Assembly (NCBI GenBank): GCA_044892505.1
Contig: CM097883.1
Coordinates: forward strand, 396,242,001-396,306,000
Length of the DNA stretch: 64,000 bases
From: Schmidtea nova
Taxonomy: Eukaryota
Reading direction: 5' to 3'
Shown here: positions 32,930 to 46,217 of the stretch, in pieces
Numbering within the stretch: the first letter of the stretch is position 1
Layout of the letters: each line of letters begins with the position of its first letter
Notes under the pieces: model-generated
What the model was told of the DNA's origin: nothing
The model's input: only the letters and a program-made list of their open reading frames with translations
Database searches by the model: none
Made by a program: the position numbers and the translations under genes

Positions 32930-33830
32930 ATTTTAAACACCGTGTTTCACTCACTAAAAGTAGCTATAATATAAAATTAAGTTAAAAAAACGCATATCTT
33001 ACTTGTGTGTTAACGGTGTGATTTCCATAAGTAAATACATTATTATATAATCAAAAAATGAGGCAGAAAGAATGAAGCACATCAAATGCAGCAAATTTTA
33101 AAAATGCCCACATTTAGTTCTACCAATGAAAACTATGAAAATGCTCCGGTAATTTCCAAGCATGTTTTGTAGGTATGTAACATTTCATGCCTTTTTGTGT
33201 GTAAATTTGTATGCATTATAGTGATTTTAATCATTTGTGATATATGGGACCAAATACGTACAAAGTAAACGTAAACGTAAACGAAAAGAAATGGACAATA
33301 TATAATGGCACTGAAAGAAGGCAAGTGCCAAACAAATTAATTGTGATTCGAGTTTTCATTGCATCTTATTTTATAAAACTGTATATTTGAAAAACATTTT
33401 ATGTGATTTAAGTTAATTAATTTTTTTTTAAAAATTATTTGGAAAATGGTATTTGGACAATGGTTATTACATTATATATTTGAAAATATTTTAATTCGAA
33501 CAAATAAATAATAAAAATAAATAATAAAATAAAATTTTAAATTTTGTTTAAATAAATATATTTATGACCTACAAAAATTAGCTAAATAAAAGAATATTTT
33601 TTATTCGAAGGTTCATATTCTGTTATAAAAACAATTTCATTTTTAATCAACTGAAGTGGAACAATAACAAACGATATTGACAGCTTAATTGCCTTAATGA
33701 TTAGTATATCAACTGACTGATTTTACTGTCAAATTACACTCATAAAATCTTTTCTTAAGAAGAGCTTCAAGTTAGTAACTTAACTTAGCAAGAAAAATTT
33801 CGAGCATACAGATCATATTTATTTGTATGT
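32930..33830. repeat. Dispersed AT-rich repeat family (partial copies near 28380-28700, 44590-44940, 58210-58600, 62870-63180)
   Basis: Shared blocks such as ACAAAGTAAACGTAAACGTAAA, TATATTTATGACCTACAAA and AGCTATAATATAAAATT. Confidence 0.7.
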
Positions 33831-34954
33831 ATACAATTTTGTTATTTAATAAATTTTCTCGAACCAGTGTTTGTCTAATTATTTATATTTGATATCAAGT
33901 TGAGTAAAACATTGTAAACAATACATTGAAATACACACAGGTGAGTGTATGCATTCTTTATATATATTTATATATTGCTGCTTTTTGTAAGTGAAACAAT
34001 ATGTATCAAATATAAAAATTAAAACACTTGAATTTAAAACCACAATTTCTCTAAGCTAGTTATATCTACCGTACTTCTAAAAAGAGATGTTAATAAGAAT
34101 TTAGAAGGAAATGTATTGTTGGACTGACATAAATGGAGCTTATGATTTATTTAAATGCTTTGAAAATACATGTGTAACAACAAAAGATATATTTAAAACG
34201 CAAGAGATAGCAAGCTCCAACGTAGTAGACTAGAAATTCACATTTCATAAGACTGTTAGGGTCTACCTAAAAAAGCACGAAATAAAGTAAAAAGCATAAA
34301 AAACTATGTGCAAATCAATAAATACAGAAAAATTTGAAAAATTATAATTAAAGTACAAACAGTAATTAAGATTTACAAAAATTCAAAAATAAAGATTTAG
34401 CGGGGGAAACTGATATGAGAGGATTCCAAACGAATTCAGATATGGTTATATAAAATTTAAAAGTGGCTCCGAGAAGGAAATATAGAGAAAACAAACTAAT
34501 TAAAATAATTAATTAACCAATGGAAAACCCGGGGCATCAACAAAATCATTTGTTTATCGAAAAGCCGCAAATCCACTTCATTAATTTAGTGGCAAACTCC
34601 AGCGGTAAAATAATATAATTATTTTATTGGCAGATTAAATTAAGGATGAAGGAACAAGTTGTAATGTTCTGTGGACACACGTTTGGATATGAATTTTTAA
34701 CATAAATAAATGTTTATTCGTGTCTTATGTATATTTAAAATTATGTAAATTAAGGTTGTAAAAAATTGTTATATATGTAAAAATTTTATAATTTCAACAT
34801 TGTATGTTTTGTTAAAAAGAGGTTGTTAAGCGGTTAACCCGCACGATAATATAAAATAAATATTTGAAAACGCTTGAAATTCGACTTTTAAAATTCTAAT
34901 TTAAAAATATATTATAATATCAAATATAGATTACCGAAATATCATTTGAATAAA

Positions 34955-36349
34955 ATGTTGAATGAAGAATATATAGAAGAATCAGCAAAGCGACGTTTAC
35001 GGTTCGCATATATTATCGCAGATGATGACGCAAGATTCGAAAGATCAGTAGAGTCCCTAGATCCGATAGAAGTAAAAATAATCATTACGGAAGGTACGGA
35101 TCTGTCGCTCCTACATTGGGTTGCTCTCAAAGACTCCGTCGTAATCGTAAACTTTCTGATTGATAGAATAAACTATATATCATATCACTTTAATGTCAGA
35201 GGAAGGTTTTCGAAGGCAAGCACGTCCTGGGTAAAATCAAGTATTACATGCCGCTGTTTAGTTAGCTTTAATGAGCAAGGATTTTATTTTAAAAAACATT
35301 TAGATCTAATTATTCCAAGATCGAGTGAACTATTTAAAAGTACTCAAATAAATTGCTCCTCACCATGCGCATACAATATCTTCACAAATGAAGTTTTGGT
35401 CCAGAATCCAAAAATTGATTTCCCACGCATTTTGTCATTCAATAAATTGTATATTATATCGTATGACTTTGGAGTGTTTCCTGAATTTCATCATTCTAAT
35501 TTCAATTATTTTTATCCGGTAAGGTGGAAAGATACTGATGAAAGTTTAGTAATAGAAAAATGGTTTATCATGCTATACAATCAAACGGAAGAAAGTGTAA
35601 TTATCGCTAACTATTATATGATGAACTTATTCGTCTCAAGAAAATTGCGATTTTATTGTCAATGGATATCCTATCAAGATCCGAAAGTGAATGTATTTAG
35701 AGTATGTACTGTACTATCAAATCCATGTGTGTATCATTTTTATATGGTTATTCAATCTTTGAGACCTCCTTTTATTTTTATTCATGAAATCTTGGTAAAC
35801 TGCATGTTTGATATTTTTACAGACATTTCCAAAACTTTGTGTTACGCTTCCAATCTTATTCTTAAATTGTACAGATTTTTCAATGTCTCTTTCAATCAAT
35901 TAATAAGGAAAAGTGATACAATTAAGATGTATATAGAAACTGGTTATCAAATAAATATTACATTTACTGACAATTATATCTACACGATCCGAGTGATTGG
36001 ACAAGTACTTTCTAATAAGCAAGCCGGCAGTGGAACACCTCCTTATGAGATCCTCCTTGGGGGATTACCCGATGATTTCGATCGATCTTTGGTTCGTCCT
36101 GGAATTCTGCTTTCCCTGCTATTTGGCATGACTGAGTATATGTTAACACATTGCCGTAAGCTGAATACCAATTACAGACATTCGAAAACAAAAGTATATT
36201 TAGATTTATTTGTAAGCTTATGTAAAATGATAAGCGAGGGAAAAAATATAAAATTGATGAATCGGCAACCACGCCAAAAATCAGAATACCTTGGTGTGGT
36301 TTCCGGTTCATCAAACAAGTCACTATATAAACCGAGGCCAATTTGCTGA
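34955..36349 (+). CDS. Hypothetical 464-aa protein with one ankyrin-like repeat
   Basis: Long uninterrupted ORF in ~75% AT DNA; LLHWVALKDSVVIVNFLID resembles an ankyrin repeat; first ATG at 34955. Confidence 0.6.
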   Translation: MLNEEYIEESAKRRLRFAYIIADDDARFERSVESLDPIEVKIIITEGTDLSLLHWVALKDSVVIVNFLIDRINYISYHFNVRGRFSKASTSWVKSSITCRCLVSFNEQGFYFKKHLDLIIPRSSELFKSTQINCSSPCAYNIFTNEVLVQNPKIDFPRILSFNKLYIISYDFGVFPEFHHSNFNYFYPVRWKDTDESLVIEKWFIMLYNQTEESVIIANYYMMNLFVSRKLRFYCQWISYQDPKVNVFRVCTVLSNPCVYHFYMVIQSLRPPFIFIHEILVNCMFDIFTDISKTLCYASNLILKLYRFFNVSFNQLIRKSDTIKMYIETGYQINITFTDNYIYTIRVIGQVLSNKQAGSGTPPYEILLGGLPDDFDRSLVRPGILLSLLFGMTEYMLTHCRKLNTNYRHSKTKVYLDLFVSLCKMISEGKNIKLMNRQPRQKSEYLGVVSGSSNKSLYKPRPIC

Positions 36350-39300
36350 TATTGCCAGTTTGATCGAAGCTAAAATTTCGAAAGTTCAAAAAGGTAGCAT
36401 TTACATCCGAATGACTGCAAACAAATTGAGAAAGATCATAGCTCGTATTAACATCAAAGTATAAAAATAGTATTTAAAAAAGGAAAGATTTATGAAAAAT
36501 TATGACAAAAATCCCCATTAAAATATCGTAAAAATTCAAAGAAAGAATAAGAAATTAAATAAATTCGTTTGTTTAAATCATCATCTAACACGGCAGTGTG
36601 ATGGATGCATACATCGTGTTAGATCTATTACATAGAAAATATTTCTAAAAAAATCAAATGAATAAAAATTAAATTAAATAAAGTAATTTCTGAGACAAAA
36701 TCAATTCACGCTGCAAATTCTGTAATACTGTGGATTTCTCTGAGCATATCTGAATGTCTGTCAGAGAAATTCCATCTACCACACAGAATTTGGCAGTAAA
36801 AAGCATGAGTGGTACACGAGATTTTGTATAAATACTGTTGGGTTACATCTATAATAACGGTTTTGATACCTGACTTCTTGTGTTCTCTATGCCAATTAAA
36901 TATTGAGACCCTCAATTAATTTATTTATAACTCAAAACAATTTTCAAAAATATTGTCAAAACACTTTTGAATTTGATCTGCACTTTTCTTATTTTTTATG
37001 ACAAAGTTAATATATATCATTACGCGAGGCCGTTTTATATACGCTTTACGTGTTCTTTGATTATACTCATTATTAGATTCTTCTTAATTCTTTATTCTTT
37101 GAGTTTCTTGTTCTTCGACCAACGGGCAACTTAAGGAATTTCCATTCTATATATAAGAATTTCTAAAGAAATAGAATGAAAAATAGCACTCCTGAAAATA
37201 ATCTAATAATCAATGAAATTTTCGATTGTTTCTTTGACGTCGCCTTTGCCAAAAAAAATAATTTAATTTATTTTCTGCACTGTTTTCAGCCGCAGTCAAT
37301 TTTATATACCATTCTGGTTACTTTAGCTCGGGCCTCTCATTATCTCGGGTTTTCATTTGTCAATCACCATTAGCTCCGTATTGATCTCGTTTTTGCCATC
37401 CACTAATACTCATTTCTCCGAAAAATATTGATTTTTAATTTAAAAAAATTTTAATTAATTTTATACTTTTTAATTAATTTTTAAATTTTGCCCTTTCTAT
37501 TGATAGTTTTCTGTGCTCTTAACTTAATTTTCACGCCAATTGAGACAACTCCAACAATACGACACTAAAATCATAATTCTAACTTCTTTGTCATCATCCA
37601 AGTTTCGGGAAGAACAAGTATGTATTTTATTCTTGTGTAGTAGTAATTGGAAGCTAATTTTTGGAATAATTATTATTAAGTTGTTTTATTTTTTTCTAAA
37701 TGAAAATCCTCTAGTTCTTAGGAAAATAGTTTTAAACTCAACTAAAGATAGAAACTCCAGTAATTCGAAAGGGCTATTGGAATTTTCTTTTCATTGTTGG
37801 TTTTTGGGCTCGGGCTTCGGAAGTCACCCACGTGTCTGTCACAGTGACAAGGATCATACAAGCACATTTGGAGTAGTTAGAGGAGGTTGACTTGTGTTCA
37901 CTTGCGCCAAACTCTAGGAGATAGGGATAAGCTGGATTTGGATCAGAACTTTTATCCTCATTACCTTTAACAGTTTGGTATATATGATTTCTTTCAAATG
38001 AGCACTTACCAAAGTTATAACGCATGTAGTGTTTTTGTAATTTTGCCACAAAAAATTTTCAATAAAAATGAGAAGTAATGAAACGGGTAGCACAAATATT
38101 ATTGATGCTCTCTCGTCCGCGTCTTTGAGAGACTGTTGAAAACTATACAGTCAAATTTTGTTAAAAATATATATGAATATTCTTTAGAGTATTATAATCC
38201 CTTCTAAAGAGTTCTTCTTAGAAGGTGATAAACAATAAACAATAATAATTTGTCCTAAAATAGACTTGGGTCATTTTCGGCCCGAGGGACTGGAGTGTTA
38301 CTTTTTTACAAAAGATAATCCAGGTAACATATTTTTTTTTTTTCCAAAATTAGTTTATTATCTCAACAAAATCAAAGTCACAAAATCACAGAAATGTAGT
38401 ATTAATTTTTTAAGAAATATTTGCAAAACAAAATCGCTTCGGGTCGAAAAAGACCCGAGGGACGGATGAAGATTAAAAGTTGGAGACAAAGTGAAGCTTT
38501 AAAATAATTTCCTGGAAATTTTAGCCAGAAAATGCGAGCTGATTCAAAAATTAAGACAGATTCCTGCTCAAAGGTTTGGAATCATTATTTAACAATAAAA
38601 AATTTCAAAATTTCAAATCATAAAGGCGTAATCATGCTTAAAAATTCTAAAAATAATAGATGTAAATGTAAAAATGTGTGTAAACGCTAGAAAACGATAT
38701 ATCTTGTCTATGAAAAGATTGACCAATAAAGGGATATACTGTGATCAGGTAAAACGCAAGTGCACCTAAGATCTTCTATCAGCAGCCATAAATCTGAAAG
38801 GAGAATGCAATATTTACAAGAAAGTAGCTATGGGTACACGAGTTATGTCATATTCAAGGATCATAGTGTTGTTGGGGTCATGATAACAGTAACCATAAAA
38901 ATAATCAAATTTAACACTTTCGCGAACGGTACTTTTAATAAATTGGCACACAGAAACGCACAACGTTTTTATCGTTATTTAACTTAATCTTTATAAGAAG
39001 TATGATTCATAATATTTTTTAATATTATATTATTATTTTCTTTTGAAACATTGCAAGTTTGCATATGCATTCGTGTCCCTGGACAACATAGTCTAATTGA
39101 CTTCAAATGCAGACGCTGTCCGCCAAAGTGCTAACCCCTATACACCTAACCGTATTGTAAATTCATTCTCAAGATAGAATTCTCACATATAACAGGAGCG
39201 TCTATCTATGCCCTTTCTAGTCATTGCTCCTTGCCAAGAGTGTCTTTTAACAAGTATCAAAGATTTGCAAGAAATTTCATTAGAAAAACACTCGAAACAG

Positions 39301-42125
39301 TTACATTTTCGTGTTAATAATTGGTAATATTTTTAACAAGTTGAAGATAAATTGACATTGCAAATATATAAACTCTTCACTGCTCTTCTTTTCTACTTTG
39401 CTTAATATGAATTGTCGTCCAAATATCCAGATCTTCAAAGAGTAAGTAACCTTTAAAATCCATCTCGCCCGATGAAGTCCAGAAAGGGCTCTGAAAAAGA
39501 TTGCTGTGGTCGAAAGCCCGCCTAGGAATATGATTGTTAAATGCACGAGTTTCTGACACTAATGCAGGAAGAAATTCAAAAGTTTCCTATCCAGTTATAT
39601 CTTCCAGCATTTCCCCATCCCAATAAATGGTTAAAGATATGTATGGTTTGAAGTCCTTTTCACGTTTTCTAACGTGTTTCGACGTACTTTCTCTGTCTCT
39701 CTCTATATGTCTATCTGTATTGGTTATACGAATTGCTGTACATCTTGTCACATGTCTTTCATACAACCTTATTTCTGAAACCTTTTTTCAAATATTTAAA
39801 AAATAGTTTATCGAAAATATGCGTTAAACAAAAAAATACTATAAAGAAAAAAGAAATAAAAATTACAACTGAAAATTAATCAGTTAAGAAAATAAAAAAT
39901 TTACCGAATTTTTGATAACGCTAATAATATTTTTAAAATCTTTCCTTAAATAGATTTCGTAAATCCAAGATGGTGAGTGAATTAATAATTTTCATATTGT
40001 TGGGAAGTATGAGTGTTGTCAAAAAAAATATTAAAGATTTCTAGGGATCATACAACCCATACTGCAACATAAATATTATCGACCTCTCCCATGTACGCAT
40101 AGTTACTCCTTGGTAAGCTATGTTGGTAATGTACACGGTAGCGAGAATCTAGTGAGCAGGTGAGCTTAACTTCCGAAACTACTCATCAATGTATCCTCTC
40201 TTTTGGATTCTTGATGCCGGTAGAAAGTCTTACGCGTCTAGTTACTCTCTATCTCAAAAGGTCCTTTAAATTTATCAACTATTAACTTTCTATATTCCAC
40301 GCTATTTTATTTAAAAAATCTATACCTATTTATCCCAAAAATATCTTAACAACACTCCTAAATTGTATTTTTCCCTCGCCGTCCTATATAGTTTAATGAG
40401 ACAATGGTCCGGAGGAACCGATTATTCGGTCCAAACAGTTCCTAACCATCGGTGACTAGTGACTGGTGAGCCAGCAAAGTCTCAACTGAAATCAGTTTAA
40501 TCGGGATAAATCAATTGAACAAGGCAAAACAAAACAAATTTATGGTTAAATTAAAATATTTATTATTAATTACAACTAATATAAAATGCAATTACACATA
40601 CTACAAACTTTAAAAGAATACATAAAATAAAAACATACTTGTTTCCGATGTACCACAAAATTAAATAGTAAAAATACTGACCGACTGACTGGTGGCAGAA
40701 TTGAAATCGTGGTTTAAAGTATTACAGTTTTCAAAAATGTTCAAGCCTTATAAAAAGTAAAAATTATGATTTTTCAGCGTCTATTTATACTATTTTGAGT
40801 GGCTGTGTGTCTACTACCGATACGGAGTTGCTACACAAATTTTCTATTTCTAACTCTTTAGGTGAGAGAAATTGTGTTTCCATGCGTTGAATTTTCTCTC
40901 CATTTTCTACTACTTTACCGACCCCCAATAGCAGTCACTCGGAAACTATGTGTATGCCCCACGTTGATTTCTGCGATATAGCATGCACGTATTTTCCAAA
41001 ATTTTTTTTATGTTACTATTTTTAGTACCATTTTTCTCAAATCTATTTAGGAGTCATTAATTGTTGACCATGTTTAATGATTAAATTATTTAGTTAAAGC
41101 AATGGTAATTTAATTTAATTTATTTATTCTTGTAAAATTTGTTTTATAATTTATTTTATTTATTTCCAAATATTTAGTTTTTAATATTATTAAATTATGA
41201 ATGTCTATTGATTAAATAATTTATTTTTGTACTTTTCCTCCTATCTCAGTTATTTTTACGATATTTTAATGGGGATTTATTTTATGATTTTTTAATATAT
41301 TATTGTCTTTATTTTAATACTAGTTTTATTCTTTGATCATGCTTTTTATTATCAATGATCTTCCACATTCAATTCTTGTGTCGGTCTTTCGTATGTAAAG
41401 TTGATCTACACTGAAATTGTGTGATCTCCTTTGAGACGCATCTTTTTATCGTTTCTCCCTAACTCAACCGAATTATGAAAAGCATTTCGTAAGACTACTT
41501 TTTATGCTTTCATATCCTATATTTTTCTGCTATTTTCCTATTTAATTTTCGTATGTGTGCTTTTAATTTTATTTTGACGTATTAAAACAAAATTTAAACT
41601 TCAATTCTACCAACCCAACAATAATAATAATTAAGGACGGTTTAGCTGTTGCAATTTATCTGTGTATATTAAATGACATTGACGCCCATATCTAATTTGA
41701 TAAAAATTCAAAAAACGCAACTGTCATTTGAAGGGTTTATAAACTAGTTTTTAAATAAATAGTAAAAAAAAGTTATTGATATTAATATTATCGCATTTAT
41801 AATGATAATTAATTTTTTGAAACAAATTTAATTGGAAGGTATAATATTTTAGGAAACTTTACTTATTTACTTTAAAAATATATTTATTTTCTACAAAACT
41901 GTCACAAAACCAAATAAAAAATTCCTTTGAAAATTTATTTCATTGTTTGAAAATTCAGTTTAAAAAATTATATGATTTAACTTATTTATGTAAATATTTT
42001 ATAAATACAAAATATTACCATTTAATATTTTAAAAAATTAAAGATTTAATTAATTAATTTATTTTGCAATTTAATCCTTCACTGCATATTACCATGTTCA
42101 TACTGATCAAATATATGCACCTCCG

Positions 42126-42208
<83 letters not shown>

Positions 42209-42213
<5 letters not shown>

Positions 42214-42745
42214 ATCAATGATTCTCATAATGACTATAGATCAAAATTTTTTTATTGTGCTGTAGTTTATAAATATGGAAATATTTATAATATATTCTTA
42301 AAAAAATATTTTTTTGTATAAAAATAAAAGAATATTATATTTTTAAGATTAATTTATTTAAATTAAAAATTTTTAATCGATTTAAATTTTTTGACTATAA
42401 CATAAAATTTAAAATATATATTTTATGTTAAAAATTAATACTAATTTGTTTGAAAAAATCGATTAATTTGATTTATATTTGAATGTAAGATTGGGTAGCA
42501 CCTGATGAAGAGAATTAAGTTCTCGAAATATATTGTGCAAAATATATATTTGGATTGGCGTTTGTTTTTTATTATAATTATAATTATTATTATAATAATT
42601 ATAATTATAATTATTATTATTATTATTGAAATACACACTTGATAAAGGCTGTGCCGAAATATTGTGTTATTTTTTATAAAAAAAAATTTTGATCTAAAGT
42701 CATTATGAGAATTATTGATAATAATAATAAAAAAAGATCAAAGGT
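42209..42745. repeat. Palindromic hairpin repeat, copy E (inner left arm replaced by ~380 bp)
   Basis: Outer left arm 42209-42255, full right arm from AAATACACAC ~42629 to the gap; preceded by (TA)n at 42127-42208. Confidence 0.75.
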
Positions 42746-44124
42746 NNNNNNNNNNNNNNNNNNNNNNNNNNNNNNNNNNNNNNNNNNNNNNNNNNNNNNN
42801 NNNNNNNNNNNNNNNNNNNNNNNNNNNNNNNNNNNNNNNNNNNNNNNNNNNNNNNNNNNNNNNNNNNNNNNNNNNNNNNNNNNNNNNNNNNNNNNNNNNN
42901 NNNNNNNNNNNNNNNNNNNNNNNNNNNNNNNNNNNNNNNNNNNNNNNNNNNNNNNNNNNNNNNNNNNNNNNNATAAGTTATTGTGTGTGTGTCATATCTT
43001 TAATAATTAGACTTGAACATGCATTGCAATGTCTTTGTTAATTGCAATGTCCTTGTTTATATTGTGGTAGGAAATTCTTTTTTTCAAACACACACACCAT
43101 CGAGGGTACTCATCTATCAATTACCTTTAGTTTGATATACATATTATAGCTTTCAAAATTGGAATCTTGGACTCTTTAAATGCCCCACGGATATTATTTT
43201 AAAATAAATTTTAACTATTTCTTATATGTTCAAAAATATATACAATATTTTGATTTTATAACTAGCAATCAAATTTTATTAAAATTTATTAAATACAATT
43301 TGAAAACTTCAGATGAGAAAACCATTTGAGAAAAACAGCACAGAATGTAAATATTTATTTTTGAAATCCTGATTATTTTACCAGGTAAACAAATTCCTAT
43401 ATTTCGTCTAAACAAAAGTATTTACAATTTAAATCTTTTTTAACTATTCAGGAAATAAATAGCTCAAAATGACAATGCTTATAGGTATTAATATTTGATA
43501 ATACATTTCTCATTTGGACTAAAATATTTTCGGCAATAATTTAAACTTTGTTACTATTTTATAAAAATAAAAAAAATAAAATAAAAATGTGTAATCTGGT
43601 TCACCCTTGACTTGGAACATTTTTATTATTTTCTAAATATTGTATTGCTTATGTAATTCATGTATATATATAATAAACTAAAATTTTTATTAATAACTAT
43701 ATTTTCTAACATTATGTAAGATAATTTATATTTAAATTTATATTAAATTATCTATAATTAAAATTAAATGAAATAATTTATTATTAAAAATTAAATTAAA
43801 TAAAATAAGGAAAACAGAACACCAGAAAAATCAATAAAAATGTCAAGCGTGAGAGAAGCCGAAACATTTACATTCCGAGTTACAATAAATGAGTTGATCT
43901 CGATCATCAACATATATAATTTATAAATATATAATAAATCANNNNNNNNNNNNNNNNNNNNNNNNNNNNNNNNNNNNNNNNNNNNNNNNNNNNNNNNNNN
44001 NNNNNNNNNNNNNNNNNNNNNNNNNNNNNNNNNNNNNNNNNNNNNNNNNNNNNNNNNNNNNNNNNNNNNNNNNNATTCAACGAACAAACAACAGATAGGC
44101 AAGTTACATTGTTCAAATCTTACC

Positions 44125-45545
44125 GGAACTATCTATACTTAGGATGTACCATCTGCAGTATGAAGACTTACAAAAAATATCGTGACGAATTCAACTGAGT
44201 AATTAACATTATTGTAGTGACACCGATTCCTCATTTTAGAAATAGGAAATTGTGTTTGACACTGGAAGAATAGTCGACACAATCGAAATTATTGCTGACT
44301 ACAGAATAGAACGGAAATTATATAGAATACATGTACATGTAGACGGCAATCAAGATCAAACTTCGGACCGAGTGACAATTAATTTTAGACAAAATAATTA
44401 TGACAATTTATAAATTTACAATTTGTGATCTTGCAAACATTTATTGACATTTTTTTTATTTTATGGAGATGGACACAAAAAATGAAAGATTTTGTAATTT
44501 TGAAAAAATATTTCGTTTTGGAAATATTTTATGTATACTAATTTTGTAAACTTTGTAAAATGATTTATATGTTGATTTATATTTTAATTCAATAAAATAA
44601 ATAATGATAATAAAATAAATAAATACTACTGATTGTTTAAATAAATTAAAATAAATAAATCACTGTTTGTTTAAATTAATTATATTTATGACCTACAAAG
44701 GTCATCAAAATAAAATAATTCCAAGCTTAAAAACAATTCTGTTTTGAAAACAATGTTAATAAATTCAAGTAGAAAAATAACAATCATTATTGTCAGATTG
44801 AGAGCCTCAAAATTAGTATATAAACTAACTGATTTTTTAGTCAAATCACCCATAAAATCTTCGCCTAAGAAGAATTTCTTAGTTGTAATCGACTAATGAA
44901 AACTTAAACTCGAGCATACAGTATATCGAGATCATTACCACATTCAGCATTACACATTACATAAATAACATATACACACAAACACAATTAAACTGGTGGA
45001 AGTAATATTATTTTATTTGGGTTATTGTTATATTTGTTTTATTTAAATAAAATTTATTTCGAAAGAGTATTGACTTATTTATTTTTATAAGATCATCAAC
45101 TTGAGATTCTGGGAACCTCAACAATTTAAATTCTTTTTAACTACTTTGACTACAGACAACTTACTAGTTACATTGAATTATAACCCAAATTATTCCTTAT
45201 ATCGATGAACCTTGATTCTGTCATTGACAAGTTCAAAAACGAGAATAAATGACTTAAATACAAGGAGTGGGTCTTCTTAAAACCTAAATGTTATAGTCTT
45301 TTAGGGAATAAAGAAAATACAAAGGCTAAAGAGGTAAAATCAATGGGTACTGACATTAACCACCAGTCTTACCTGCAATGTTACAGTAATAATTCGATGG
45401 TTTCTGTATCTCAATCTTAAAGAGCGAGTAAAAATCATAAATTATTGGCAATAAAGAATAATAAAATTTCATTAACTAGCTTAGATGATAAGCGAAATTG
45501 GGTGGAGAAAATAAAGGTCTGACGTATGGGCATTATAAAGGATGT
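44125..45545 (+). pseudogene. Fossil Polinton pPolB C-terminal fragments split by an insertion
   Basis: LRMYHLQYEDLQK..DTDS at 44125-44270 and NLDSVIDKFK..YKEWVFLKPKCYSL..DDKRNWV..YGHYKG at 45145-45545, closely matching the intact pPolB; stops and frameshifts. Confidence 0.9.
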
Positions 45546-45964
45546 GACTCCTTTAAAGACTATTTGGAAGATCAATTTAGCAATCCAGTTCACGCAATAC
45601 AGAATATTGTCTACACAAAACCTTGTGAAAATTTCCGTTTTATATTTCTTAAGTTTATTTTGTTTAATCATTTCCAGAAGTTTTACGCATTATTAGTATT
45701 GTTATAAAATTTAAAACGTTAAATACATATTAATAGTCGTATTCATTGAGCCTAGGGCCTGAAAATAATTATTTTAGTTATTTTAGTGTTTCAGTCATTT
45801 CTAAAAATTTATGAATCAACATGAGTTTTTCCAAATAAACTTTTGACTATTCCATTTAAACGATAAACAAAAGAAATAATTATCAAATAAATAATTCTTG
45901 ACCAAAAAAATAAAAAAAAAATTATTAAATTTTCAAATATTTTCATTTTGTTTCCATCTATAGG

Positions 45965-46217
45965 TTAACCCTATAACGCCTGAATTTTAAGTTTTTGAAA
46001 AATAAAATTTTTTTAAAGGTTTTTATAAGGTTACTTTCCTAGTTATCAATATATAACAACCAAAATATATTAAAAAAATATAAAATTTGCATTTTTATTA
46101 ACGAAATGCGACGATATTGTCTACATCGTCGTCGGCTCCAAAAACTTTATGTTTTTGGTACTAGATACGTTTTAATTAAACGTTGCGAAAACGTCACGCT
46201 CGACGTTATAGGGTTAA
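45965..46217. mobile_element. Non-autonomous piggyBac-type MITE
   Basis: TTAA-CCCTATAACG ... CGTTATAGGG-TTAA; perfect 10-bp TIR and TTAA duplication. Confidence 0.8.

Noticed and set aside
39300-40300. Short minus-strand ORFs and a KFKGPFEI segment resembling a Gypsy integrase tail
   Set aside because: Similarity too short to support a call.
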